This document shows positions 18,445-28,458 of a stretch of DNA of 64,000 nt, piece after piece. Source of the stretch: an uncultured Acidobacteriota bacterium. Lineage in GTDB: Bacteria; Acidobacteriota; Vicinamibacteria; Vicinamibacterales; UBA8438. The notes under the pieces were generated by a model. The model was given only the letters and a program-made list of their open reading frames with translations. It was not told the DNA's origin and did not search any database. The first letter of the stretch is position 1; each line of letters starts with the position of its first letter. Where the stretch lies: assembly GCA_913043225.1 (NCBI GenBank), contig CAJWLU010000006.1:96001-160000 (forward strand), in the 5' to 3' direction. The position numbers and the translations under genes were made by a program.

Positions 18445-19722
18445 ATGACTCAGCATTTGCTGTGTGTCCTTACATTCGCCGGCGCGATCCTGAGTGTTCC
18501 TGGACTGGGCGCGGCGCAGCCCGATGGCGACGCTCGTCCTCCGCGCACGCCGTGGGGCGTTCCGAACCTTGAGGGAACCTGGTCGCTACCGACGATGACG
18601 CCCCTGGAGCGGCCAGCGGAGTTCGAGGGCCGCGAGCGCCTGACTGCCGAAGAAGAGGCGGAGTTTCTGGCCAGGCGGCGGAGTGGCATCCGCGCGGGGC
18701 TGGCTCGAGCCCTGAGCGCCGACTTCGAACTGGGCGATGGCGGGGTCGACCAATCGATCTATGACCATCCGCTCCTCGACGGACGCACGTCGCTGGTGGT
18801 CTTGCCTGAGAACGGTCGGATCCCGCGGACTGAAGAGGGCCGCTATCGGGTGGGGATGCCCGGTCGGCGCATGAGCGGTATTCCGGAGGGACCTGAGAGT
18901 CGCGCGCTGGACGAGCGGTGCATGATGGGTGGTGCGCTGCCGCTCCGGGGGAGTGCGTTTCCGGCGCGAATTTTCCAGACGCCGGATCACGTCGTCATCC
19001 ACTACGAGTTCATCAATACGACGGTTACCGTTCCGATAGACGATCGTCCAGTCGTGTCGAGCAGGATCCCGCAATGGTCGGGCACGTCGCGTGGATTCTG
19101 GGACGGGGACACCCTGGTGATCGAATCGACGAACTTCGACCCGCGCTGGACCTTCGCCGGTTCTGGGGTGGGTATGCGGCTGGTGCAGCGGTTGACTCGG
19201 ATAGACCGGGACACGATGCACCAGGAATACACCGTCTACGATCCGGACTCGTTCATGGAGCCGTGGACCGCGGATTACCCGCTGACCAACACGGAGGAGG
19301 CGATCTATGAGTTCGCCTGCCACGAAGGCAACCGCAGTATGACGCTGCTGCTGAACGGGGCGCGGGCCACCGAACAGATCCAGCGATTCATCGGCGCGTT
19401 CGGGCTCTCTACCTTCGAGCTTATCGGGGGCGGAGCTGAAGACGGCCCGGTCTTCACGGACGGAATGCTCTCCTACGACGCCAGCGGGCGGATGTCGGTC
19501 CAGTTGTCAGGCAGTGGGTATCTCGCCTACTACGGTGAGTACTTCGTGAACGTCACCCGGAAGGTGGTCGAGCACACCGTTGAAGGGGGCTCTCCCGCTG
19601 ACCTGCGTGACAGGACGCTGAGCTACTCGTATGAGCTGGCTGGAGATGGCAATACGTTGGTCCTGTCCCTGACAGGTGACGACGGCGTTGAGAGCCGCTC
19701 CACCTGGCAGCGTCACCGCTAG
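18445..19722 (+). CDS. YACHEGN family protein (copy 3) fused to a C-terminal lipocalin-like domain
   Basis: TPWGVPNLEGTW...YEFACHEGNR, followed by GMLSYDASGRMSVQL..YLAYYGEY..VVEHTVEG..WQR. Confidence 0.8.
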   Translation: MTQHLLCVLTFAGAILSVPGLGAAQPDGDARPPRTPWGVPNLEGTWSLPTMTPLERPAEFEGRERLTAEEEAEFLARRRSGIRAGLARALSADFELGDGGVDQSIYDHPLLDGRTSLVVLPENGRIPRTEEGRYRVGMPGRRMSGIPEGPESRALDERCMMGGALPLRGSAFPARIFQTPDHVVIHYEFINTTVTVPIDDRPVVSSRIPQWSGTSRGFWDGDTLVIESTNFDPRWTFAGSGVGMRLVQRLTRIDRDTMHQEYTVYDPDSFMEPWTADYPLTNTEEAIYEFACHEGNRSMTLLLNGARATEQIQRFIGAFGLSTFELIGGGAEDGPVFTDGMLSYDASGRMSVQLSGSGYLAYYGEYFVNVTRKVVEHTVEGGSPADLRDRTLSYSYELAGDGNTLVLSLTGDDGVESRSTWQRHR

Positions 19723-19726
19723 CCGC

Positions 19727-21109
19727 ATGCTGAGGAACACGATGCCACGATACCGGTTGACAGCAGGTCTCTTGACGATGGTCTGGTTCCTGCTGCTCTC
19801 GTCCCAGGCGCGGGCGCAGGACGACTTCACGCTGAGCGCACTCGCGATGGGGCTCGAACACCCCTGGGAGGTCACGTGGGGACCTGACGACCATCTGTGG
19901 GTGACCGAGCGAACCGCCTTTCGGGTCACGCGGGTGAATCCCATCGATGGCAGCCGGCAGGTGGCGGCGACAGTTCCTGGTGTGTTCCAAAGCGTGGCGC
20001 AGGATGGTCTGCTAGGGTTGGCCCTGCACCCGAGGCTGATGGAGGGGTCGGGTGAGGCGTATGTCTACGTGGCGTTCACCTATCAGGATGTTACGGACGT
20101 GCGACTCAAGGTCCGCCGCTACTCGTACGACCCGAGCGCCGGGCAGCTCGATGATCCTCTCGACGTCATCACGGGCCTGCCGGCTCACGACGATCATCTC
20201 GGGGGGCGGTTGGCAATCGGTCCGGACGAGAAACTCTATCTGAGCATCGGAGACCAGGGGGGTAACTGGCTCCACAACTTCTGCAACCCCAACCTGGCGC
20301 AAGAACTGCCGACCGCGGCTCAGATACAGGCTGGCGATTGGACGACCTACGAGGGCACGATTCTTAGACTGAACCTCGACGGATCAATTCCGGGCGACAA
20401 CCCGGTGCTCGATGGGGTGCGCAGTCACGTGCTGTCGTACGGCCACCGGAACCCGCAGGGCCTGGCCTTCGGCGACGACGGCCGGCTGTACGCCTCGGAA
20501 CATGGCCCGAGCACTGACGACGAGTTGAATTTGATCCAGGCCGGCGGAAACTATGGTTGGCCGCAGATTGCCGGTTATCAGGACGACCAGATGTATGTCT
20601 ACGCCAACTGGTCTGCCGGCACTCAAGCGTCCTGTGCCTCGTTGAGCTTCAGTCAGAGTCAGGTTCCCGCGTCCGTGCCGCAGGAAACAGAGGCCTCCTG
20701 GAGCCATCCCAACTTTCGGCCGCCGCTCCAGACGCTGTTCACGGTGCCGAGCAACTACGACTTCGACGCTCAGGGTAGCGCGACGATCGCGCCGTCGAGT
20801 TTGGCCATTTACACGGCTAGGGATGGGGGTATTCCCGGGTGGGCCGATTCGCTTCTGGTGCCAGGTCTGATCAAGGGAAGGATGTATCGCCAGTCGCTTT
20901 CGTCAGATGGTACGACTGCGGCGGGTGAGCCGATCGAATTATTCCGCACCACAAACCGCTACCGCGACCTGGCTCTGCACCCGAACGGACGGACGATCTA
21001 CGTGGCCACCGACAGCTCCGGCCGCACGACGGGCGCCGACGGCACGATGACACAGGCGTTGGAACACCCAGGGGCGATCATTCAGTTCACCTACGAGGGA
21101 TCGCGATGA
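19727..21109 (+). CDS. gdhB: Soluble quinoprotein glucose/sorbosone dehydrogenase (sGDH type)
   Basis: DHLGGRL, IGDQG, LRLNLDGSIP.DNP, YGHRNPQG, SEHGPSTDDE, RYRD. Confidence 0.85.
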   Translation: MLRNTMPRYRLTAGLLTMVWFLLLSSQARAQDDFTLSALAMGLEHPWEVTWGPDDHLWVTERTAFRVTRVNPIDGSRQVAATVPGVFQSVAQDGLLGLALHPRLMEGSGEAYVYVAFTYQDVTDVRLKVRRYSYDPSAGQLDDPLDVITGLPAHDDHLGGRLAIGPDEKLYLSIGDQGGNWLHNFCNPNLAQELPTAAQIQAGDWTTYEGTILRLNLDGSIPGDNPVLDGVRSHVLSYGHRNPQGLAFGDDGRLYASEHGPSTDDELNLIQAGGNYGWPQIAGYQDDQMYVYANWSAGTQASCASLSFSQSQVPASVPQETEASWSHPNFRPPLQTLFTVPSNYDFDAQGSATIAPSSLAIYTARDGGIPGWADSLLVPGLIKGRMYRQSLSSDGTTAAGEPIELFRTTNRYRDLALHPNGRTIYVATDSSGRTTGADGTMTQALEHPGAIIQFTYEGSR

Positions 21110-21816
21110 GAGTGGCTCCGCTGCTCCTTGGGGGCCTGCTGCTTTACTCCGGGTCCGTCTCGGCACAGGAGCAGAATCCACACGCGCAGCACTATCCGAA
21201 CATTACGGGCGAGGTGGTCTTCGAGAATGAGCGCGTGCTCGTGCAGCGGTTCGTGCTGCAACCAGGCGAGTGGGAAGGGATTCACACGCACTCGGGCCAG
21301 CAGTTGGGTTTCGGGCTGTCCGAGGGCGAGTCGACGGTTCGGTATGGTAATGATTAGGCGGTCTCGCTCGGTCGGCTAGGCTCTGCGTTCTGGCAGCGTG
21401 CTGTCTCCTTGAGTGAACGGCACGAATCCGGGGCCACGGGAGACACGCCGGTCGAGTGGCTCTGGGTCAATATAAAACCGGGAGATCAGGCGAGCGCGCC
21501 AGCAGGCGTGGATCACCACCATCACTATCCGAACATCTCGGGCGAGGATGTCTTCGAGAATGACCGCGTGTTGGTGCAGAGATTCGTGATGCTGCCTGGC
21601 GAGTGGGAGGGGATTCACTCACACTCCGGAAACCAGCTCTACATCATGTTGAGTGAGGGCGAGTCGACTGTCCGCTATGGCGAGAACGAGCGGATCTCGC
21701 AGTCGTACGTCGGACAGGTGGCGTGGCAGCCAGCGGTCGATCTCAGTGAGCGGCATGAGTCCGGGAACACGGGTGACACTCCGCTTGAATGGCTCTGGGT
21801 GAACTTTAAGCAGTAG
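21106..21816 (+). pseudogene. Exported tandem-duplicated cupin protein interrupted by an in-frame TAG
   Basis: ORFs 21106..21357 and 21409..21816 are in the same frame; two repeats of FENERVLVQRFV.PGEWEGIH.H; TAG at 21355-21357. Confidence 0.8.
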
Positions 21817-21885
21817 CACGGTGCACGGGCCTGCTATCCTGAACCGAATACTTAGAAAGCCAGGTTAACCGAGGAGATCAAGAAG

Positions 21886-22851
21886 ATGACAAGACTGTTG
21901 ATAACCAGCACGTTAGGTCTTTCGCTGGCGGCTCTGCTTGGTGTGTCCGGAGTGGCCGTGGCGCAAGAGCCGCCCAGCACTTCGTGGGGCGCCCCTGATC
22001 TCCAGGGGGTCTGGGACTTCCGCACGCTCACCCCGCTACAGCGCCCAGAAGACCTCGGCGAGAAGGCCATTCTCACTGCCGAGGAAGTGGCAGAACGCGA
22101 GCAGGCGGCGATCGATCGCAACCTGGAAGTGTGGGAGCGCGAGGCGCGTCGCACTGAGGCCGGCGGCAACGTTGGCGGTTACAACAACTTCTGGATGGAT
22201 AACGGAACTCGAGTGATTGAGCGAACATCGCTCATTATCGACCCTCCGAACGGTCGCCTGCCGGAGGGGACGGCGTCTGCCCAGGAGCGTCGGCGGAACA
22301 GTCCGGGGTCGTTCGTCGTCGAGTTCCCGGAAAGCTATACTGACTTGAGTCCGGCCGATCGATGCCTCCTGGGCTTTAACGCGGGTCCTCCAATCACTCC
22401 GGCCGCTTATAACCAGAACGTGCAGATCTTCCAGACCGAGGAGCACGTGGTCCTCTTGACCGAGATGGTGCACACGGTGCGGGTCATTCCGATCCAGGCG
22501 CAGCCGCCACTCGCTGGCAGTGTGCAGCAGTGGTCCGGCGATTCGCGTGGTCACTGGGAAGGCGACACCCTGGTCGTCGAAACGAAGAATTTCGACTCGG
22601 CCCGGGGGTGGCGGGTAACGACGGACAAGATGACCCTCGTTGAGCGTTTCCGCCGAGTGGACGACGGGACGCTTGAATACGAATTCACCGTGACGGACCC
22701 GGACACGTGGGCGGCGCCGTGGACCGCCAATATCCCGATGGTGAAGAACGAGCAGCCGATGTTCGAGTACGCGTGCCACGAAGGGAACTATTCGATGCCT
22801 CAGATGCTCGGGGGTGCCCGTGCCCTCGAACTTGCAGGAGAGGGACAGTAG
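21886..22851 (+). CDS. Uncharacterised exported protein, YACHEGN family (copy 4)
   Basis: SWGAPDLQGVW, YNNFW, RTSLIIDPPNGR, DRC, GDSRGHWEGDTLVVET, FEYACHEGNY; RBS GAGGAG. Confidence 0.87.
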   Translation: MTRLLITSTLGLSLAALLGVSGVAVAQEPPSTSWGAPDLQGVWDFRTLTPLQRPEDLGEKAILTAEEVAEREQAAIDRNLEVWEREARRTEAGGNVGGYNNFWMDNGTRVIERTSLIIDPPNGRLPEGTASAQERRRNSPGSFVVEFPESYTDLSPADRCLLGFNAGPPITPAAYNQNVQIFQTEEHVVLLTEMVHTVRVIPIQAQPPLAGSVQQWSGDSRGHWEGDTLVVETKNFDSARGWRVTTDKMTLVERFRRVDDGTLEYEFTVTDPDTWAAPWTANIPMVKNEQPMFEYACHEGNYSMPQMLGGARALELAGEGQ

Positions 22852-22878
22852 GCGTCGCCAACTTGACGTTTCTGACCG

Positions 22879-22929
22879 AACGGCGGTCTGAGCAGGGAAT
22901 CTCGCCCTACTCGGTCCGCCGTTTTCTTT
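22879..22929 (+). terminator. Rho-independent terminator
   Basis: Long imperfect hairpin with outer stem AACGGCGG/CCGCCGTT running into a T-rich tract, just after the 16865-22851 gene run. Confidence 0.65.
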
Positions 22930-23230
22930 GTGCGGTGGCTAGTGAGGGAACCGGCAGCACGGGTTCCGCCGAAGCCTGCGGCGCCATCGCAGCCTGGCTC
23001 GACTAGGGTTTGGGCGGATGTTCTTTCGGCTCGCCGTCGAGAGCGCACTGCCAGGCCCGGGTGTAGGTTCTAGTCGAGCGAACAACAGGCCGGATAGTCG
23101 CGACTGGTACAACTTGGCGCTCCCAACGGGATGTGCTCCCTTTTCACTGTTGGCCTCGTTGAGAGCGAACGGTCCTTGGGCAGTGTCGCTGCCTGCGTCT
23201 CGCTTACGTCCGTGCGCGTGAGGCGGTCTC

Positions 23231-24067
23231 CTACATCCCGGAACCGTGGGTTAAGGCCCAGTTAAGAGCGGCGTCGAAGAGGCGATGGCCGTCGTCGGTC
23301 ATCCGGTGATAGGTGCCAAGATCGTTATTGTTCTCGGTGAAGAGCGAGATGCGCAGGTTTGGCGAGGGCGAGCCATCAAAGAGCGTGCCGCCTGGGAGAA
23401 TGAAGTAAATCGACTGCGCTTCAGGGTAGTCAGGAAGGGCGGCCACCGACTGGACCCCTGGTGCCAACACGTCATTTACAGCCCAGTTGATCTCCGCAGG
23501 CAGGGTGTAAACGGTAACGCGGCCAGACAACCCTGCAGCCAGTGCGTGTGATGGATCCACGATGACGATATCGGTCTCGCCAGGAATGGCGCCAAAGTGG
23601 CCGACGTCGACCGCGCCGGTCGGCTCTTCAACCGTGCCCCCCGCACCTCCTTCCGGTGAACCGGGATCGACACTCTGACCCTCTGGGTCCACGAACTGAA
23701 ACTCATCCTGCAGGAACGCTTCCATGTTGATGAGCGGCGAAGAGGCTGCAATGAGTTTCGTCCCGACCGAGCCTGAATTCACCGACTCGGGAATGATGAT
23801 CAAGTCTGCCGCGTCGGCCGCCGCTCGCATGTCGGCCTCCGCGGTGTCGTCAGGCATCATGGTCACCTGCTGCCCCAAGTTAAGGCGAAGATGGAGTTCG
23901 AGCGAGCGGTCGTCGAGGCTCGTACATTTAGCGTAGGTGCCGTTTTCGTCCCCGCAAATGATCAGAATGTTCATGTTTCCTGGGGCAGCCTGCTGGCCGG
24001 ACGCCGGCGCGGCAAGAGCGATTGTGAGCCCGGCAACACCGAGGCATACCGAATACTTTCTGTTCAT
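23231..24067 (-). CDS. Hypothetical acidic secreted protein
   Basis: RBS GGAGG, signal peptide ending ASG-QQ, long coding-like ORF. Confidence 0.75.
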   Translation of the reverse strand: MNRKYSVCLGVAGLTIALAAPASGQQAAPGNMNILIICGDENGTYAKCTSLDDRSLELHLRLNLGQQVTMMPDDTAEADMRAAADAADLIIIPESVNSGSVGTKLIAASSPLINMEAFLQDEFQFVDPEGQSVDPGSPEGGAGGTVEEPTGAVDVGHFGAIPGETDIVIVDPSHALAAGLSGRVTVYTLPAEINWAVNDVLAPGVQSVAALPDYPEAQSIYFILPGGTLFDGSPSPNLRISLFTENNNDLGTYHRMTDDGHRLFDAALNWALTHGSGM

Positions 24068-24461
24068 TTGCATCCTCCAGACGTCCACCCGCTGTCAGTA
24101 GCGGCTTGGGTTCCGAAGGTGACTGTACCCCGTCTTTCAACACCCAGGCCCAGTTATCAGGTACAACGTAGACTCGAAAGGTCAGCGACCTCGCGAAATC
24201 GCCCGGTAATTGCCTTGAGCGCCTGCCCGGTGTTCGTGCAGGGCAGCACAGGATCCGGGTCAGCGAGCTACCGGATGAACCACTGGTTGGCGTCCCTCAA
24301 AGGATACGGGCCCCTTTCCGTGGTGGGGTCATTGGTGGGCAGTCAGCATCCAGGCCACACCGTCCGGAGAGACGGTCTGATGCGGTGTGCTGACTTGCAG
24401 CAACTCATGGCACTCGAACGGTACGATCGGCGACCGCACTCGATTCAGGAGTCGAACCATC

Positions 24462-26765
24462 ATGACAACGAAGTCAGTGTTGGCGGTGCTCGGTGCGTTT
24501 CTGTTTCCTGCCTACGGCGTTCTGGCCCAGCAGACGACCTCCGCTGAGCCACCGGACGTTCCCGCCGACATCCAGGAGTGGATGCACACCGCGTGGGGCA
24601 TGGACCCGCAGGTGCTCGGTGTCACCGACACGCACTTTCTATCGGCGTTGAGCACGACCGAACGGCAAGGCGCCTTTCTGTTCAAGCAGCGCTGCAACAC
24701 TTGTCATTATTCGACGATGTCGAGCACCAGAGGCGTGGGGGCGGGTCTCGTTGATGTGACGTCGTATGGACCGTCGCTCTCCAGGGCGAACGTCGACGGG
24801 GAGGACCGAGAACGCGCGACCCGCCAACGTATCTCGGAAGGTTCCGCTACGATGCCCGCTTTTAAGTATGCCCTTCGCGCTGACCAGATCGACTCGATCA
24901 TCGACTACCTGAAGAAAGTCGACACGCTCCGCCCGCCGGTGGTCGACCGGCTGGTGGAGCTAGCGGCACCGGACGCGGCGGAGGTCACAGCTTTCGATCA
25001 GACTGCTGGACCTCTGTGGGGGATTGTCACGTCGACTTCAGGCGAGTCGCTCCAGGGGGTGACCGTGTCGGCCCGTTCCCCGGGCAGGAACGTCACGACG
25101 AGTGTCTTCACGGACGGCGATGGTGAGTACTATTTTCCGCCCCTTGAGGCGGGACGACCATACAAGGTGTGGGCACAGGCGCAGGCGTTCGAGGCGGGAC
25201 GTGCGGACGTCGCGATGAGCGAGGTAGCGGCTAGACAGGACTTCACGCTTACCCCTACCGCGGATTTCCATAATCAGCTCACGGGAGCCCAGTGGTATGC
25301 AGCGCTGCCGGATGGCACGCGTGAGGACCGCCGGATGAAGGAGGTATTTCGGGCAGCCTGCATGGGATGCCACCCTCAGAACTTTTCACTGATCAGCAGG
25401 TTCGATGAGGCGGGCTGGCGGAACATTATCGACGTGATGAGTCGGATGCACCCGTATCGGTATGGGAGTCCGGCTGACGGGGCCAGGCGCCAGCCGAATG
25501 CGATCATGGTGCACTTTAGGGACGAACTGGCAGCCTGGCTGACCAAGGTGCGCGGTCCGGGGCCGTCGCCGATGACGTTTACACCCCGACGACCCACTGG
25601 GAACTCCACGCTGATGATCGCCCGTGAATACGATGCACCGGAGCCAGGATTCGGCTTGCCATTCTTTAATGATGGCAATACCGACTGGGCGCTCGGTCCG
25701 GTGGATTTCATGGATGAGTCGAAGCACCACGCCATGAACGCGACGGTGGATGAGGATGGGGATGTGTGGATGGCCGACATGTTCAACATCACCCGTACCA
25801 TCGTCAGGTATGACTGGCGGACGGGGCAGGCGACCAATTTCGCGCTGTCCGAGACACCGGACGCTCCCCCCGCGAACTCGCACGACATCATCCGGGACGA
25901 TGACGGGATTGTGTGGTTCGACATGAGCTCCATCGGCGCGCTAGGACGTATCAATCCGCGGACGGGCGAATCGAGCATTATTCGTCCTCCCGAGGGAGCG
26001 AGAGTGGGGCCCTGGATTGGCGACGACGGACTGGGGGGCATCTGGACTGCCGGGGCCGCGAACGACGTGAAGGCGATGCGCTACGACCCGGGGACGCGCG
26101 AGTGGGTTTTGTTCGAGAACCCGATCCCGAACGCGTCGAACTACGGGATGACGGGAGACGGTGTTGGCAACGGCTGGTGGTCGACTGCTATTCCCCGGGA
26201 CGGGTTGATGAAGGCGGACCTTGAGACGGGTCAGGCAACGTTCGTGCCGCTACCCGAGGCGGTGAACGACAGGACCGAGTTGTTTACCTCCGAGGAAATG
26301 GCGGTGTTTGCTGATCGGCTGACGTTCTACGGCTATGGTAGGCCGGGCGCTATGGCGATCCGAAAGCCGGGCGCCGATCCACGAAGTACGACCTTTTGGG
26401 GGTGCGCGTGGTACGGAAGCGGCTTGTTGCAGCTCGACAGTCGGTCTGACCTCGAGAAGATGTATCCCTTTCCGCCTGAGCACGCGGACGGGAACTGCTA
26501 CGAGACATCTGTAGACGATGACGGGATGGTGTGGTTGCCCTTTACGCATGGTGATGCAATCGCGAAGTTCGATCCGAGCAGGGAAGAATGGACGAGCTAC
26601 TTTCTGCCGACGATCGGGACCAAGACACACGGGCTACAAGCGGTGACGGTGGAAGGCCGGACTCAGATCGGAATGGGCTATCTCGGTGCCGGCAAAGTGG
26701 CGAAACTCGAGTTTCGGACGAAAGAAGAATTGCAGCAACTGAAGGCAGAAACGCGTGGGCCGTAA
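24462..26765 (+). CDS. Dihaem cytochrome c / carboxypeptidase-regulatory-like / Vgb-like beta-propeller protein
   Basis: Signal peptide; CNTCH..MPAF; GVTVSAR..TTSVFTD..G.YYFPPL; CMGCH; propeller repeats (DGDVW, DGIVWF, DGMVW). Confidence 0.8.
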   Translation: MTTKSVLAVLGAFLFPAYGVLAQQTTSAEPPDVPADIQEWMHTAWGMDPQVLGVTDTHFLSALSTTERQGAFLFKQRCNTCHYSTMSSTRGVGAGLVDVTSYGPSLSRANVDGEDRERATRQRISEGSATMPAFKYALRADQIDSIIDYLKKVDTLRPPVVDRLVELAAPDAAEVTAFDQTAGPLWGIVTSTSGESLQGVTVSARSPGRNVTTSVFTDGDGEYYFPPLEAGRPYKVWAQAQAFEAGRADVAMSEVAARQDFTLTPTADFHNQLTGAQWYAALPDGTREDRRMKEVFRAACMGCHPQNFSLISRFDEAGWRNIIDVMSRMHPYRYGSPADGARRQPNAIMVHFRDELAAWLTKVRGPGPSPMTFTPRRPTGNSTLMIAREYDAPEPGFGLPFFNDGNTDWALGPVDFMDESKHHAMNATVDEDGDVWMADMFNITRTIVRYDWRTGQATNFALSETPDAPPANSHDIIRDDDGIVWFDMSSIGALGRINPRTGESSIIRPPEGARVGPWIGDDGLGGIWTAGAANDVKAMRYDPGTREWVLFENPIPNASNYGMTGDGVGNGWWSTAIPRDGLMKADLETGQATFVPLPEAVNDRTELFTSEEMAVFADRLTFYGYGRPGAMAIRKPGADPRSTTFWGCAWYGSGLLQLDSRSDLEKMYPFPPEHADGNCYETSVDDDGMVWLPFTHGDAIAKFDPSREEWTSYFLPTIGTKTHGLQAVTVEGRTQIGMGYLGAGKVAKLEFRTKEELQQLKAETRGP

Positions 26766-26801
26766 TCCCAATGACCCACGTGTAACGCCTGGAGTTTTCA
26801 C

Positions 26802-28145
26802 ATGAAGTTCAGATCGTTGCGGGTCATTCGTGCCGTCTGGCTGCTGGGTGTCGTCGTGGTGATGGTCGGTGCCGTTCCTACGCGGGCTCAGGTTGGACGA
26901 TTCGAGCCTCTGGGCGACGGGCCATGGACCTACCGGACGAACAGCGCTCAGTTCCGGGTGGTCGTGGTGACGAAGGATCTTGCTAAGCCCTGGAGTCTCG
27001 CCTTTCTCCCCGACGGCAGCCTGCTGGTGACCGAGCTGGGCGGGCAGTTGCGGATTGTTCGCGACGGCGTGCTCGATCCGGAGCCGATTGCCGGGGTGCC
27101 CCGGGTACATGCGGTCAGGACGGGTGGGCTCATGGACATTGCGCTCCATCCGCGCTTCGCCGAGAACCAGCTGGTCTACCTCTCGTACACGAAGCAGGGT
27201 CCGGACCTGGCGCCGGGCACGGAGCCGCTGTCGGCGCTGGTTCCGGACGGGCTGATACAGCCCAATCCCACGGGCTTGACCACGACGAGCGCCGTCTGGC
27301 GAGCGCGATGGAACGGCACGGCGCTCGTCGATGGCACTGACATCTTCGTGGCCGACAGTTTGATGGACGACAGCATTTCCATGACGCAGGCGTCGCGGAT
27401 AGTGTTCGGCCTGGACGGCCTGCTCTACCTGGGGGTGGGGGCTCCGAATGCCCCCGCCGCCTCAGGCAAGTACGCCCGAGCCAGGGGCGCTCGCGCCCAG
27501 GAGCCAGACAGCCACGGCGGCAAGTTTCTGCGTCTCAGAGACGACGGCACGGTTCCGGAAGATAACCCGTTCGTCGACCACGCCGGCTACAAGCCGGAGA
27601 TCTTCACGATGGGACACCGGAACATGCTCGGGCTGACCGTCCACCCGGAGACTGGCATGATCTGGGCGCACGAGAACGGCCCGGCAGGTGCCGACGAGGT
27701 CAACATTCTCAACGCCGGCGCGAACTATGGTTGGCCGCTCGTGGGTCTTGGACGGGACTACTCGGGAGACTTCATTGGCGGGGTTGGCGCGCTCGGCGAG
27801 GCCGCCGGCCGGCTCGACGCCCACACGATGCACATGCCAGGCATGGAGACGCCGGTCATCTTCTGGACCCCCACAATCGGTCCGTCGGGAATGACGTTCT
27901 ATTCGGGTGATCGGTTTCCCGGGTGGAAGGGTAGCCTGTTCGTCGGGGTCATGAAGAACCAGCGTCTGGAGCGTATCGCCATCGGCGAGAACGGCTGGCT
28001 CGGGCCTCGGGAATGGTTGCTCGATGATCTCAAGCAGCGGATCCGCGACGTGCGCCAGAGTCCGGACGGGTTGCTCTACGTCTTGACGGACTACGACCCG
28101 GGAGCCCTGCTCAGGATCGAACCGCTCTCGCCGCGCTCGCCGTGA
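26802..28145 (+). CDS. PQQ-dependent aldose sugar dehydrogenase-like protein (YliI/Asd family)
   Basis: PWSLAFLPDG, GGLMDIALHP, DGTVPEDNPF, GHRN, ENGP..DEVN, NYGWP, RIRDV. Confidence 0.85.
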   Translation: MKFRSLRVIRAVWLLGVVVVMVGAVPTRAQVGRFEPLGDGPWTYRTNSAQFRVVVVTKDLAKPWSLAFLPDGSLLVTELGGQLRIVRDGVLDPEPIAGVPRVHAVRTGGLMDIALHPRFAENQLVYLSYTKQGPDLAPGTEPLSALVPDGLIQPNPTGLTTTSAVWRARWNGTALVDGTDIFVADSLMDDSISMTQASRIVFGLDGLLYLGVGAPNAPAASGKYARARGARAQEPDSHGGKFLRLRDDGTVPEDNPFVDHAGYKPEIFTMGHRNMLGLTVHPETGMIWAHENGPAGADEVNILNAGANYGWPLVGLGRDYSGDFIGGVGALGEAAGRLDAHTMHMPGMETPVIFWTPTIGPSGMTFYSGDRFPGWKGSLFVGVMKNQRLERIAIGENGWLGPREWLLDDLKQRIRDVRQSPDGLLYVLTDYDPGALLRIEPLSPRSP

Positions 28146-28203
28146 ACGGCACGGGGAGCCTCACATCATCGCCTACTGGGCCTACTTGGTCGCCGTCGTT
28201 CGT

Positions 28204-28263
28204 CAGGTCTTCGGCGCGCGCGCCTCTGAGGATGTTGAGCAGCCCGTAGTTGCCTTCGTGGCA
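28204..28263 (-). pseudogene. Orphan C-terminal remnant of a YACHEGN-family gene
   Basis: Minus strand reads CHEGNYGLLNILRGARAEDL with no family sequence upstream. Confidence 0.75.
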
Positions 28264-28351
28264 CGAGCACGACGTTGGTCCTGGTCGAGAACTGGTTCGA
28301 AGAGCTGAAGCGCCTCGTACCGCTTCCGTGAATCTTGCTCGGGCAAGAACT

Positions 28352-28373
28352 TGGCGTCCCCAACGGGATTCGA
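28352..28373 (-). repeat. att-like direct repeat of the tRNA-Glu 3' end
   Basis: TGGCGTCCCCAACGGGATTCGA is identical to 34322-34343. Confidence 0.9.
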
Positions 28374-28435
28374 CCGTACTTGGACGACCCGAATCGCAAC
28401 CGAGATTCGGGCGGCGTGAGGGCCTCTGCTGCGTC

Positions 28436-28458
28436 TTCGATTCTGCCCTTCGGCACCA
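28436..28458 (+). repeat. Second tRNA 3'-end fragment (tRNA-Phe/Leu-like att scar)
   Basis: TTCGATTCTGCCCTTCGGCACCA gives T-loop, acceptor strand and CCA with no 5' half. Confidence 0.6.

Noticed and set aside
21355..21357. Pyrrolysine or amber recoding
   Set aside because: A single GAG-to-TAG change explains it, TAG is a common true stop in this window, and there are no pyl genes here
24180..24380. Possible HEAT-repeat gene remnant on the minus strand (LADPDPV...GQALKAITG)
   Set aside because: Too short and degenerate to support without a search
5208..28145. PQQ biosynthesis or RiPP precursor genes among the quinoproteins
   Set aside because: No pqqA-like ExxxY peptide, radical SAM or pqqB-E genes recognised
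28436..28458. Intact third tRNA gene
   Set aside because: No D-arm, anticodon arm or 5' acceptor strand upstream; only a 3' fragment
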